A DNA stretch of 64,000 bases from Pseudomonadota bacterium (GTDB lineage Bacteria; Myxococcota_A; Bradymonadia; UBA4248): NCBI GenBank assembly GCA_017464085.1, contig JAFUEE010000104.1, positions 16,226 to 80,225 of the forward strand, written 5' to 3'. Shown here piece after piece: positions 39,401 through 47,918 of this stretch (position 1 is its first letter; every line of letters starts with the position of its first letter). The notes below the pieces were generated by a model that was not told the DNA's origin, did not search any database, and saw nothing but the letters and a program-made list of their open reading frames with translations. The translations under genes and the position numbers were made by a program.

Positions 39401-41028
39401 TGTTCGCGATATGCGGCCATCAGCGAGCTCTGGACTTCGTCGCTGTGTTCCCCGAGATTCCAGAGGTGTTCCCAGTCGCGGATGACGAGTTTCGAGTCGG
39501 AGAGTTCTTGTTCTGCGATATCGACCGCTTTCTGGGTGTAGAGCAGGCGGTCTTCGCTTTCCCAGATGGCATCGACGACCTTGCTGTACATGTCGTGAAT
39601 GGCGCGGAAATCACCGGTAGCGCGCAGCGCGTTGTCCATATAGGTGAGTGCGCTTTCGTTTGAGGGGTCTTCGCGGAGGAGCTGCGCGAATGTTTCCCGT
39701 TCTTTTTCTTTGTTGTCGAGCTTGTCGCCATAGATGCCTGCCATTTCCTTAAGGATGGAGCTTCTGACTTCAGGCAGGTCGGCCCAGGGGGCATACTGGA
39801 GGACGTTCTGCATCATCTGGACGAGTTCGTTCCAGCTTTGCGTGCGGAGGAGGGATCGGGATTCCCTTCTATATGCAGCATTATCCCTGAGGCTTGCTTC
39901 GTTTCTGAGTTCGGGCGGTATTGGCTTGATGACGAATGCCGGGCCTTTTTCAGCGGGTGCATCCTCTGGAAGGCTGTCTTCGTCTTCGTATTCAGGCTCG
40001 GGTTCGGGGATGACTGCGGGCGCCTGTACTGGAGGCGTTGTCAGGAGCAGCGGCTCGGCATTTTCCGAGGGCGGGATATCGTCGATAGAGACTGCATCAT
40101 CGATTTCATCCTTGTCTTTTGCTGTTTCTGGCTGTTCATCGATGACGGGGTCAGGTGTTTCTGGCTGTTCATCGATGACGGGTTCAGGCGTTTCTGCATC
40201 TTCTTCTGCTTTTTCGAGTTCCGGTTCGATGGCAGGTTCAGGTTCGTGCTGAGCTTCGATGTCTTCATGGTTTTCAGCGACGGGTTCAGGAGCAGCGGTG
40301 TGTTCCTCGACGGGTTCAGGCTGATCGGGTGCTTCGTCAAGAGCTTCTGGCTGAGCGGTGTGTTCCTCGACGGGTTCAGGCTGAGCGGCTGTTTCGTCAA
40401 GAGCTTCTGGCGCTTGCGTCTCTCCATGGGCATCTTCGACGGCGGGCTGAGGCTCGCTGGGCAGCGGCATATCGATATCCGGAGCCGAAGGCTCGGCGAT
40501 CGGAGCTTCAGGTTCTGCGGCTGTTTCGACAAGTGGCTGAACGATTTCTGGCGCGACATCGGCTTTGGGCATCTCGCTGGCCGGAACATGTGCCGCACGG
40601 ATAGCCGGCATGCCATGAATCGGGGCACGTCCGGCCGGCGCGCCATGAATTGCAGGGGCGGCAGGGGCGGCAGGCGCGGCAGGCGCGGCTGCATCGGCGC
40701 CAGAGTGGATGGGCGGGCGGACGGACGGTCTTGGCGGCATGGCACCTGGGCGTTGTCCTCTCGCGGCGTTTACAGTGGGGGCTCTCCCGGGGGCAGGCGC
40801 AGGCGCTGCCGGGGCTGCCGGGGCGGGCGTTGCAGGCGCTGCGGGCGCGTTGCCTCGAGCTACAGCCTGCATGCCAGTCTGGGAAAATCTGCCCTGATTG
40901 ATATTGGCGCGGCCCGGTGTGATGGCTGGAAAACGGCCCGAAGGGGGACGCGGATTGCCACGGTCCGGCATTCCCGGTCGATGGTTATCGTTTACGCCGT
41001 TGTTCTGAGGGTCTCTTTCGTCCGTCAT
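33451..41028 (-). CDS. Giant (2525 aa) TPR/helical-repeat protein with a Pro/Ala-rich and acidic low-complexity N-terminal ~400 aa
   Basis: AGGAGA RBS 6 nt before ATG 41028. The N-terminus is rich in PAAPA and PEPVEEHTA repeats. About 2100 aa of TPR-like periodic helical sequence follow (recurring A-x-x-x-Y-x-x-A-L/ALxxDP patterns). No signal peptide. Confidence 0.85.
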   Translation of the reverse strand: MTDERDPQNNGVNDNHRPGMPDRGNPRPPSGRFPAITPGRANINQGRFSQTGMQAVARGNAPAAPATPAPAAPAAPAPAPGRAPTVNAARGQRPGAMPPRPSVRPPIHSGADAAAPAAPAAPAAPAIHGAPAGRAPIHGMPAIRAAHVPASEMPKADVAPEIVQPLVETAAEPEAPIAEPSAPDIDMPLPSEPQPAVEDAHGETQAPEALDETAAQPEPVEEHTAQPEALDEAPDQPEPVEEHTAAPEPVAENHEDIEAQHEPEPAIEPELEKAEEDAETPEPVIDEQPETPDPVIDEQPETAKDKDEIDDAVSIDDIPPSENAEPLLLTTPPVQAPAVIPEPEPEYEDEDSLPEDAPAEKGPAFVIKPIPPELRNEASLRDNAAYRRESRSLLRTQSWNELVQMMQNVLQYAPWADLPEVRSSILKEMAGIYGDKLDNKEKERETFAQLLREDPSNESALTYMDNALRATGDFRAIHDMYSKVVDAIWESEDRLLYTQKAVDIAEQELSDSKLVIRDWEHLWNLGEHSDEVQSSLMAAYREHACWQKLAEFIRTKCADWGHIQRLGLREVIEIYISGLSDAERASETLKVLLKDRPNDPLLLLQEISVCRLNGDVDKLAKLSRMPGLDKKVELDIHRAAAEVLWNKGEYELAVEAYDAILLELPNDRDALHAKEQYFLQGDLNDQLCNFYKERAEAALSADNTAAAIDNYRKAADVAETRLFDNEVAISLLKKLVELDNSDVDTHKKIISLYEALDDDQGVATSMEALLALTSRPAARRELLSKLGTLYLDKLENYERAEDCWKKVQAIDPRDPDVSEELSRVYAKQGDFESLDSSLTQQIRVADPENVLPLAESKGKYLMQHSPASAHTAAAWEIVLDCDPDNRNALENLSEVLEKLHRESEMIGAWEQALRTIENRDERISLAMRIADASVDCAPHAQAVSAYLRVLCWDPTNETALSALESLCNESERGIVIAALEIAATLTDDTDKRCNVLKQTLRFIPKTNVVQRIQLMRRILQLGDHSIENDFVSLCRSQNHSKDLCAAWTRRAFEADTVEERDRLLSDIARIHTEDFSDYTLAFTILFASALDDQKAVALAEELEKLAPQTNRWEEVVAVLGCLTSAQFAPEIRRSAIQKRIDILLTRLDDPARALEEYQRLLAMDPANAELLENIERLALEKGLSEQLLGIYGEIWDATEDKSLRAEIADKCFNIQKNVLAHGYEALTELFIGYRLMPSAELEAKLIAETDIPENAPLCVTMLESAKRAFSADSTSLTAVADIYETKLGSIAGAFALHASVLTAEPSNLDSLEKLAAWSEDPRLAGRYAQTLRLAASRAHASGEIDTSLSLYRKLADFYKGPLNDLERSVDVERTILHIEPSCIESLESLIAWHEAREEWAQLRSEIQQRISAGGCTPEQKIALWLRVVDISNNHLSDLESAFDGYAEILQIDETNEDARNGLAALTDADIGPEVELRRLKLELKLSSEDKRPEILLQIAGLQRDQLSQPDAACETLEKLYKETGACGIGYAPLKDAYTALKLWPNLVQIMLERADSIVDDDELEASDIYNAALEIVDEKLHDAALSARIVEKLQKLEPDNDEIIDRYCASLRAAGDWNKYADTIRELAGNPNSKSVNKTHLFELARIQALALDQTDAAIETYRNINKTGTPEKNAYFGLASMALKKGDIDLYLNALESVLKLVDPVWGAIFYCHMAEVCDDKDRTAQVGTFYRNARILDANNVEASDSLRSLGRRLKNWRSTSALLPLENERELSWSDRSKKLVELSCKADSNDAARIWAWKAIAVDHDNIEAWQRLASIEEKCNNLKEAYEASLGAFGAVERTTLPTPDQAPKIAKLMFDVAQVAQACGNDAKSETLLRRAYAIAPSFAPVAMAIGDFEQDCGNLDKAYGIYDTILKTNNALDKETKSEVLFKRGLLSNNRKDYAHALDDLRETIKIAPLHYDALMAIAKSYAELNQPLLALASLQQSLLVTPDQTKRRGNTYYDMGKIWSDCFNDADEAGIYYEGALNNGASNVDLVERSLEVYKRAGRYQEALELVDTLTKTTVDPAVLASLWCTRGELSESISTESATEAYDMALSYQPGLSRAFDGLERMLVATQEWKQLAELLDGRLESDLPKDQENAILVRLADLYSKQLNEPKKASSILYRLLETAPSAEIIEKLLAMPQDDEEKTRMLMEKAITYCSGCYNYALKLAQSHLQAGRELQAWAIMSPLRALLQLDAQTKETLNDLKNKFEKTESISLDSIAKALPVLSDEQFAILDALQAVSLKLGPLGPTSLEQVTTGATEVTEFTPNGKIFHQMRAGLGLENIALWRSSELPEAIVIVSADPLIVCIRTEIFQKAAGNELQFWLAKGLGLAHPDVRILASAPAEIRDILPKAVLAAADVIPVTQETQALVSKIKAALTEEDLKNLSAQISVYDADKLRECAETFTRDMLLSSDILASYIVADMRTVWRAETRIDDRITEQRNVKTIDEISKAFEVSYVLRSVLAYYVSSTFSEHIA
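40100..40400 (-). repeat. In-frame coding tandem repeats (39-bp x2 and ~60-bp x2) encoding acidic PETPDPVIDEQ / EALDEAPDQPEPVEEHTAQP units
   Basis: tttctggctgttcatcgatgacgggktcaggygtttctg is duplicated. cgacgggttcaggctgakcgg...caagagcttctggc is duplicated. Confidence 0.75.
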
Positions 41029-41592
41029 TTCTGCTCTCCTGAGAATAGAATTGAATGAGGCCGTTTAGGGCCAAAAGAAAGACGGCGTATTGTATTACTT
41101 TTTTACAGTTTGCTCAATTGATTTAAGGATAATGCGCGATATTGGCTGATTTTTGGGCATGGGATATTTCCCAAGGCTGTGCGGCCGGCGTATCGCTTTG
41201 CGATAGCCGGCCGTTGCGTCGCGTGCCGAAGGCAGCGACGCGCCAGAAATGCGAATTTTTGTGATTACGATGTCCAGCGGGAGAGTGGAAACTCATGCGG
41301 AAATTTGATCATTGTGAAGTGATGCTTTGTGGACGGCGCGGATGGCAGCGAAAAAAGAGTGGCCGTGGTTCGCGGTTTGGGCTTGATTTTTGTGAAGGCG
41401 TGATAATTTTCGTGCGCCGCCATCCGTATGATGTTGCGGATGATGCTTTTTATGAGACGAAAAACTGATAATCTGTTATGAATAATAGTTCGGACAGACA
41501 TTGGCGCTGAGCCGGTTCTGGCTGCCAACAACGATACTGGATATTTGCGCCGACGGCGCGCCAATATTCACCCGTGCATACAGGAGACAATC
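41029..41592. promoter_or_regulatory. 564-bp divergent promoter region between the two TPR genes; contains REP-like palindrome C3
   Basis: Long non-coding gap with AT-rich core (tgatgctttttatgagacgaaaaactgataatctgttatgaataatag). The only ORF here (99 aa) is low-complexity and unsupported. Confidence 0.4.
41181..41244. repeat. REP-like element subfamily C copy C3 (GCGGCCGGCGTATCGCTTTGCGATAGCCGGCC plus second hairpin)
   Basis: 28-mer nearly identical to copy C4 at 51468. A second imperfect hairpin is cgtcgcgtgccgaaggcagcgacg. Confidence 0.75.
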
Positions 41593-43503
41593 ATGGGATT
41601 TTTTGACAAGCTTCTTGGACGTGATTCCGCGTGGTACCTCGAACGATCAGACAAGAGCGTGGAAGACGGCAATTTTGGCGATGCGATGCATAATATCCGC
41701 AAAGCCCGCGAGCTCGTGCAGACTGACAAGGAACGTGAGGATGTCGATGCGAAAGAGTCGGCGCTCAAGACGCGTATCTATAAAAATGCCTATGAGCAGG
41801 CGAAAAAGTATCTGAAGGGCGGCCAGAAAGAGGCGGCCCAGAATGCGATTGATCGCGCGGCTCGTTTCGTTCAGACGGATGAAGAGCGCGACGCGCTCAA
41901 TCAGCTTGTCGACGAGAGCCACGATCAGAAGGAGGGGGAGAAGATCGTCGAAGCCCGTGTCGAGGGGGAAGAAGCAGTGGATTCGCTCAATGCGGATGAC
42001 AAATGGAATCTGTATGTCCGCTCGCTTCCTTTTGCGAAGGCCCAGCGTTTTGACGAGCTCGGGGACGATTTCAAGAAAGCCTGGATTGCGCTTCAGGAGG
42101 GCAATTTTGACGAGGCCGTCAGCGGCATGAAGGAAGTCTATCAGGCGCATCCAGAAGATGCGCTCGTGATGTGTGAATATGGCCGTGCGCATTTTGGAAA
42201 GGGTAATTTTGGAGAGGCCGACGAGCTTCTCGAAAAGTCGGACAGCAAGGAGGCCTCGATCGACACGAAACTGCTCCGCGTGGAGGTTTTGTGGGCGATG
42301 AAGCGGTATGCGGATGCCGAGACAGTCCTTCAGGCGGCGCATGATATGGATCCGGAGAATATCCAGGTTCTCGCGCGCATCGCGCAGCACGGGCTGATTT
42401 CTAAGGATTATGAATCGGGCATCGCGGCAGTTGAGGCATTGCTCGATTCGATACCTAACGATATTTCAGTGCAGCGCCTTGCTGGCCGGCTGTATATGGA
42501 AAGCGGGGACGAGGAGAGGGCGCTCGAGTGCTATGAGACCGTCAACCGTCTGTACTGGCAGGTGAATCCCCAGACGAAAAAGATTACATTTGATCAGAAT
42601 TCAGCAGCCGCGGCAGCATCGATCTACTTCAAGCGCGGTGAGCGTCTTGAGCGCGCCGTGGAGCTTCTTGAGGCGATTCGCGCGAATTCGGAAGGGGAGA
42701 CGCATATCGCGATCTGCGAGCAGCTTGCGGCTGTTTATGACAAGATGGGGAAAAAGAGCAAATGCGACGAGGTCCTCTCGGAATCCCTTCGCTTTATGGA
42801 CGATCTTCTCGACCGTGTGCGCGGTCCTGAACGCGCGATGCTTCAGCTTCAGTATTCCGAGACGTGCGACCGTCTTGGGGACAAGGAAAAAGAAACGGAG
42901 ATGCTGGAAGCTGCGCGCAAGTTTTTCGTGGCCGATGCGGAAAAAGGGCAGGTCGTCGCTGAATTTTATGTCGATCTGATTGACAAGAAGCTGTCCGGGA
43001 CGCCGTTCCCGAAATCCTCAGAGATGCAGGAGCGGATGATTGAGTTTGCAAGGGCCAAAGGGCTAGAGGTCCGCGCGCGCAATGCAGGCAGCCAGGCGGC
43101 GTCATCCGGGGAGGTCGTTTCTCATGCAGCGGGGCAGTCTGTTTCGGGGACTGATGGACACGAGATGACAGAAGAAGAAAAAACGGCATATCGCCAGGAA
43201 ATCGCGCGGGCAGAAGACCTGATCAAGCGCATGGCAGCAGCGGGCGGTTCGTCCTCCAGATCGATCGTGGCTCAGCCGGCACAGTCGGAGGCTTCCGAGA
43301 GCGAAGATGCCGGTGCTGAGGCTGAGGACAGCGAGGCGTCATCCTCTGTCATCTCCGGAGAGCCGGGGAGCGCAGCGCCTTCGTCAGCATCTGATGATCC
43401 GAACGATATCCTCAGGCGCATGGCAGCAATGGCCGGCAGTGCCTCTACGACGCTTGTGTATGGCAGCGGGGAGGATGATTCCGAGGGGGATGAGGAGGCT
43501 TGA
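41593..43503 (+). CDS. TPR-repeat protein (636 aa) with acidic Ser/Glu-rich C-terminus
   Basis: AGGAGA RBS 5 nt before ATG 41593. TPR-like helical repeats run throughout. The C-terminus is SEASESEDAGAEAEDSEASSS. Confidence 0.75.
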   Translation: MGFFDKLLGRDSAWYLERSDKSVEDGNFGDAMHNIRKARELVQTDKEREDVDAKESALKTRIYKNAYEQAKKYLKGGQKEAAQNAIDRAARFVQTDEERDALNQLVDESHDQKEGEKIVEARVEGEEAVDSLNADDKWNLYVRSLPFAKAQRFDELGDDFKKAWIALQEGNFDEAVSGMKEVYQAHPEDALVMCEYGRAHFGKGNFGEADELLEKSDSKEASIDTKLLRVEVLWAMKRYADAETVLQAAHDMDPENIQVLARIAQHGLISKDYESGIAAVEALLDSIPNDISVQRLAGRLYMESGDEERALECYETVNRLYWQVNPQTKKITFDQNSAAAAASIYFKRGERLERAVELLEAIRANSEGETHIAICEQLAAVYDKMGKKSKCDEVLSESLRFMDDLLDRVRGPERAMLQLQYSETCDRLGDKEKETEMLEAARKFFVADAEKGQVVAEFYVDLIDKKLSGTPFPKSSEMQERMIEFARAKGLEVRARNAGSQAASSGEVVSHAAGQSVSGTDGHEMTEEEKTAYRQEIARAEDLIKRMAAAGGSSSRSIVAQPAQSEASESEDAGAEAEDSEASSSVISGEPGSAAPSSASDDPNDILRRMAAMAGSASTTLVYGSGEDDSEGDEEA

Positions 43504-43505
43504 CC

Positions 43506-44807
43506 ATGAGTGCGATGGATTATGCCGGTCGGCGTGAACGCCTTGCCAAAGCGCTGCTTCCGAAGTCTGCAGCTATTTTGATGAATCCAGAACCGGCGCA
43601 CAAGACGGGTGACCAGGATTATGCCTATCGCGCTGATTCCAACATGCTCTATTTCAGCGGGATGGACGAGCCAGGTGCTGTCGCTGTGATATTGAGCGCG
43701 GATCAGCAGAAGCGCATGGTTATGTTCGTGCTTCCGCGTGATCCGGAGCGCGAGCGCTGGGTTGGGCCGCGCTATGGCTGCGAGGGCGCAGTGTCCCGGT
43801 TTGGTGCGGATGAGGCGTTCGATATCGCGACGCTGAAGGACAAGCTCAAGGAGCTTCTGTTCTCTCTCGACAATGTCTACTTTGATTTTTCGCAGTCAGC
43901 TTCGCTTTCGCCGTTGCTTTTCAGCGTCGTGGAGATGCTGCGGCATCGCGGGCGCCATGCTTCGGAAGGCCCCAGGTCATTCGTCGATCTCCGAGATATT
44001 GCTGGGGAGATGCGCCGCATCAAAGATGCGGCCGAGATCGAGGCGATGAAGCGTGCAGCAGCTGTGAGCGTGGAAGGGTTTAAGGATGTCTGCAGGATGC
44101 TCAGGCCCGGTATAGGCGAATGGGAAGTCGAAGCGACGCTTCAGCACGGTTTTCGCGCGCGCGGTGCAATCGGAGAGAGCTTCGGCTCGATCTGCGCAGG
44201 CGGCGCGCATGCGACGACGTTGCACTATGAAGCCAATCGCGACAGGCTTGCGGATGGTGACCTGATACTGATCGATGCTGGTGCTGAGGTCGATTATTAT
44301 GCCGGCGATATTTCACGCACCTATCCTGTGAACGGCCGCTTTACGGAAGCGCAGCGGGAAATCTATGAGCTCGTGCTCAAGGCTCAGAAAGAAGGAATCA
44401 AGATGTGCGTTGTCGGCAACCACATGAAGAGCCCGCATGAACGTGTGCGGGAAGTGTTTGCGGAAGGGCTTCACGCGCTCGGCATCATTGCTGAGCCGCC
44501 GAAGGAGATCTTGGAAAAGAATCTGGACTTTGCATACTATTTCCACGGCACCAGCCATTATCTCGGCATGGATACGCATGATGTGGGCATTGCCTACGGC
44601 CGTGGCGATGATGCGCCGGCTATGCTGCAGCCCGGGGTGGTGATCACCGTCGAGCCGGGGCTTTATTTTACGGTGGATGATGTGCGCGTGCCTGAAAAAT
44701 ATCGTGGCATTGGTGTCCGCATTGAGGATGACGTGCTCATTACGGAAAATGGGCCAGTGGTGCTCACGGCTGATCTTCCCAAAGAAATCGCGGATATCGA
44801 AAAATAA
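43506..44807 (+). CDS. pepP: Xaa-Pro aminopeptidase (aminopeptidase P, M24B)
   Basis: GAGGAGG RBS 7 nt upstream. The stop of the upstream TPR gene abuts the start (operonic). M24 metal-ligand context: DLILIDAGAEVDYYAGDISRT, HGTSHYLGMDTHD, VITVEPGLY. Confidence 0.9.
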   Translation: MSAMDYAGRRERLAKALLPKSAAILMNPEPAHKTGDQDYAYRADSNMLYFSGMDEPGAVAVILSADQQKRMVMFVLPRDPERERWVGPRYGCEGAVSRFGADEAFDIATLKDKLKELLFSLDNVYFDFSQSASLSPLLFSVVEMLRHRGRHASEGPRSFVDLRDIAGEMRRIKDAAEIEAMKRAAAVSVEGFKDVCRMLRPGIGEWEVEATLQHGFRARGAIGESFGSICAGGAHATTLHYEANRDRLADGDLILIDAGAEVDYYAGDISRTYPVNGRFTEAQREIYELVLKAQKEGIKMCVVGNHMKSPHERVREVFAEGLHALGIIAEPPKEILEKNLDFAYYFHGTSHYLGMDTHDVGIAYGRGDDAPAMLQPGVVITVEPGLYFTVDDVRVPEKYRGIGVRIEDDVLITENGPVVLTADLPKEIADIEK

Positions 44808-44808
44808 T

Positions 44809-44836
44809 AAAAAGGCGCCGAAAGGCGCTTTTTTAT
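44809..44836. terminator. Bidirectional intrinsic terminator (A-run GGCGCC gaaa GGCGC T-run) shared by convergent pepP and the 362-aa gene
   Basis: aaaaaggcgccgaaaggcgctttttt. Confidence 0.7.
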
Positions 44837-44845
44837 TGACTGAAG

Positions 44846-45934
44846 CTATCCGACATAATGAAAGATATAGACTCCGAGGTTTTGCTTCTGAGCCTGGCGC
44901 AGGATTGAGAGGAAGGCGCCGAAAGCGTTCAGGTCGTGGTATTCGAGCCTGGATGCTCGATGGAGCTGTTTTGTGATCGCATTGCCGTCTGCAAGCGTGT
45001 CGTAGGCTGCCTGATAGGCTTTGTCGAAGCGGAATCTCTGGCGGAATTCTTTGGTGAGCGCTTCGGGCAATTTTTCATTTGGCGCGAATGCGCATAGAAA
45101 CTCGTCGTAAAACTTGTGATGCTGTGAGAAGAGCAGATCCCTGAACAGAGCGTCTTTGAGCGCGCCCTCTGCAACGTCAGCGAGCAGTGATGTGCTCGCT
45201 TCATTTGCAAGCGCGAAGTCATGGCTGACTTGGATATCCGAATCGCTGGCCATGTGCTGGAGGCGGAAAATCCGTTCTGAATTGAAACCGATGTAGGGAA
45301 AACTGATGCCGTAAGCAAAGTCGTAGAGATCTTTTGCAGGCAGTGTCTCACGGACAAGTGGCGTGTGTATGTCGAGGTTTGGGTTGAGGACAGAGCGTAT
45401 GCCGTTCAGAAATTCAGTCTGTTTGAATGATCTTGCCTGCGGAAGGGGCGGCTGGGAATCGGGCAGAAGAAGATCGAAGATGGCGTTGGATTCGCGAATG
45501 AGCGTGAGAAAAGCCTGTGTGCGCCAGTAGTCGCAGAGGGCTGAGTTTTCGAGCATTTCCCACGATTTTGTGTTCGGGCTCCGGATGCTTTCGAGGTAGT
45601 AGAGATAGCGCTGGCAGATATCATCAATTTTTCTGTAACCGTCGTAGGCATCCCGCATGGCGATCGAGGTCACGATGCTTTCGATGAGCTGCCGCAAGGG
45701 TTCATCATCTCTGCGGTGGTCGAAACTGATGAAAGCCGGGCGCAGCAGTTCTTCAAACAGGTGGATACGAATTGTCCCGACAACGGTTCGCATCTGCATG
45801 TGCTGTGGTTGCACAGTGATGGCCGGAGGCTGTGACGGCGCGTCTTGTTTTGGGGGCACGGGGACTTTGGAAGACGAAGAAGATTTCGACGCTTTTGGCT
45901 GTAATCCTTTGGTTTTATTGGAATTTTTTGCCAT
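44846..45934 (-). CDS. Hypothetical protein (362 aa) with Ser/Lys/Pro-rich N-terminus; no recognisable domain
   Basis: Long ORF with ATG start. There is no signal peptide and no recognisable motifs. Confidence 0.55.
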   Translation of the reverse strand: MAKNSNKTKGLQPKASKSSSSSKVPVPPKQDAPSQPPAITVQPQHMQMRTVVGTIRIHLFEELLRPAFISFDHRRDDEPLRQLIESIVTSIAMRDAYDGYRKIDDICQRYLYYLESIRSPNTKSWEMLENSALCDYWRTQAFLTLIRESNAIFDLLLPDSQPPLPQARSFKQTEFLNGIRSVLNPNLDIHTPLVRETLPAKDLYDFAYGISFPYIGFNSERIFRLQHMASDSDIQVSHDFALANEASTSLLADVAEGALKDALFRDLLFSQHHKFYDEFLCAFAPNEKLPEALTKEFRQRFRFDKAYQAAYDTLADGNAITKQLHRASRLEYHDLNAFGAFLSILRQAQKQNLGVYIFHYVG

Positions 45935-46170
45935 ATATAGTCCCGGTTATGAAAAGGCCATTTGGGGCTGAAAGATTGGATATTTGTACGGTTTTTCAGA
46001 TGTTTGCACAGCCTGGCTGCGCTTGTACAGCATGTTTGTCACACACATGCGCTTACCGGAATTTTCTTCTGTGATCAAAGCAAGCGCATGGTTTCGACAA
46101 TAGTCTGTGCAGAGCTTCGGGCATGCATCAGAAATGCCCGGCCATGTCATGAACACGGTCGGGCATTGTA

Positions 46171-47031
46171 TCAGTCGAGCCTCATGTTGTCGATAAGCCT
46201 GACGGCACCGACTTTGACCGCGAGCAGCATGATTGCGTGTTCGGGGACGGTATCCGTAAAGATATCGAGTGAATCCGGATCAGCGATGGAGATATACTGG
46301 ATTGCCGTATCCTTTTGTGCCTGAATGATGTCCTGCGCGGCCTGAGTGAGCTCGCGGACCGATCTGGCGCCATTTTGGAAGCGTTCGCGTGCGGCTTTGA
46401 GTCCCTGTGACAGCGAAAGCGCCTGTTTCCTCTGATCTGGCGTGAGCCTGACATTGCGCGAACTCATCGCGAGACCGTCAGCTTCCCTGACGAGCGGCAT
46501 GCCGATGATCTTGGTGGGGCAGCCGAGATCCTGAGCCATTCGTCTGAGGATCGTGAGCTGCTGGTAGTCTTTTTCGCCAAAGAAAGCATAGTCGGCGCGG
46601 CTGAGCCAGAGAAGCTTCGTGACGACAGTGGCGACCCCCCGGAAGTGGCCAGGGCGTGTGGCGCCGCAAAGTATATTGCCCATTTTGCTGACTTCGACCC
46701 ATGTGGAGTCCTGGCCGTTCGGATAGAGCGTTTCCACAGTCGGGATGAACAGCACGTCAGCGCCGCAGGACTGGCATTTTTCGAGATCTGCCTGCTCGTC
46801 ACGCGGATAGGTCGCATAATCTTCGGTGGGGCCGAACTGCGTCGGATTGACGAAATCACTGACAATGACGACATCGGCTTTCTGGCGCGCGGCGCGGATC
46901 AGGGAGAGATGGCCTTCATGAAGGTATCCCATGGTGGGAACAAGGCCGATGGTTTTGCCAGATTTCTGGGCTTGGTGCGCGAATTCTGAGAGTTTCTGGG
47001 CATCTCGGATGATTTGTGTCTGTACAGTCAT
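46171..47031 (-). CDS. panC: Pantoate--beta-alanine ligase (pantothenate synthetase)
   Basis: GLVPTMGYLHEGHLSLI (HxGH motif). GAGGAGG RBS 8 nt upstream of ATG 47031. The longer 375-aa ORF is an upstream read-through artefact. Confidence 0.9.
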   Translation of the reverse strand: MTVQTQIIRDAQKLSEFAHQAQKSGKTIGLVPTMGYLHEGHLSLIRAARQKADVVIVSDFVNPTQFGPTEDYATYPRDEQADLEKCQSCGADVLFIPTVETLYPNGQDSTWVEVSKMGNILCGATRPGHFRGVATVVTKLLWLSRADYAFFGEKDYQQLTILRRMAQDLGCPTKIIGMPLVREADGLAMSSRNVRLTPDQRKQALSLSQGLKAARERFQNGARSVRELTQAAQDIIQAQKDTAIQYISIADPDSLDIFTDTVPEHAIMLLAVKVGAVRLIDNMRLD

Positions 47032-47045
47032 GGTGTCGGCCCTCC

Positions 47046-47843
47046 TCAGTGATAGGATTCTTTGTCGCTCGGATAGGTGCCGTCTTTGACGCATGAGACG
47101 TATGATTTGAAGGCATCGATGACCATATCTCCGAGATTTCCGAACTGACGGACGAATTTTGCTTTTTTGCCGAGAGAAAGCCCGAGCATATCTTGTAGGA
47201 CGAGGACTTGGCCAGCCGTGTCCGGACCGGCGCCGATGCCGATGACGGGAACAGAGAGGGCTTTCTGGACTCTCTCGGCGAGGGATCTGGGCACGCATTC
47301 GAGGACGATCGAAAATGCGCCGGCTTTTTCGAGTGCCAAAGCGTCATTGAAGAGCGTTTCCGCATCTTTGTCGGCTTTTCCCTGGACGTGGTAGCCAGAG
47401 AGCGTATTGACAGACTGCGGTGTCAGGCCGAGATGCCCCATGACGGGGACGCCGGCATCTACGAGTCTTTTGACAAGCGGAACACATCGCATGCCGCCTT
47501 CAAGCTTGACGGCATGGCAGCCGGATTCTTTGAGAATGCGAATGCCCGCGCGAACGCCGTCATCGTCAGATGCCTGATAGCTTCCGAAAGGCATGTCGGT
47601 GACAACGAAAGGGGTGGTGCATCCGCGCATGACGCACTGCGCGTGGTAAATCACGTCATCAAGCGTGACCGCGAGCGTGCTGCCGCGCCCCTGCATGACG
47701 TTGCCAAGGCTGTCGCCGATGAGGATCATGTCGATGCCTGCCGCTTCGACAAGTCGCGCGAACGTTGCATCATACGTGGTGATCATGGTGATTTTTTCGC
47801 CAGATTCTTTTTTTCTATACAGATCAGCAATGGTGAGTGACAT
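47046..47843 (-). CDS. panB: 3-methyl-2-oxobutanoate hydroxymethyltransferase (ketopantoate hydroxymethyltransferase)
   Basis: ITMITTYDATFARLVEAAGIDMILIGDSLGNVMQG. GGGAG RBS. The gene sits immediately upstream of panC (operon). Confidence 0.9.
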   Translation of the reverse strand: MSLTIADLYRKKESGEKITMITTYDATFARLVEAAGIDMILIGDSLGNVMQGRGSTLAVTLDDVIYHAQCVMRGCTTPFVVTDMPFGSYQASDDDGVRAGIRILKESGCHAVKLEGGMRCVPLVKRLVDAGVPVMGHLGLTPQSVNTLSGYHVQGKADKDAETLFNDALALEKAGAFSIVLECVPRSLAERVQKALSVPVIGIGAGPDTAGQVLVLQDMLGLSLGKKAKFVRQFGNLGDMVIDAFKSYVSCVKDGTYPSDKESYH

Positions 47844-47918
47844 GAACAAAACTCCCTATTTTATAAGAAAAGCCCTCTGAATCGCATTGTCTTCGGCGAT
47901 GCAGAGGGCGAGATAGGC

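Noticed and set aside
41265-41564. 99-aa ORF in the 564-bp intergenic region between the TPR genes
   Set aside because: Low-complexity, no RBS, and it overlaps the likely promoter and 5' leader of the 41593 gene. It is treated as non-coding regulatory DNA.
46171-47298. N-terminally extended versions of panC (375 aa), dnaB (569 aa, to 50338), the M20 amidohydrolase (427 aa, to 51533) and tolC-like (from 56557)
   Set aside because: The extensions are Arg-rich read-through of upstream intergenic or REP sequence. Internal ATGs with good RBSs give proteins whose N-termini match family norms: MTVQTQ for PanC, the EAELSVLG region for DnaB, HQHPELGF context for M20, and a signal peptide for OMF.
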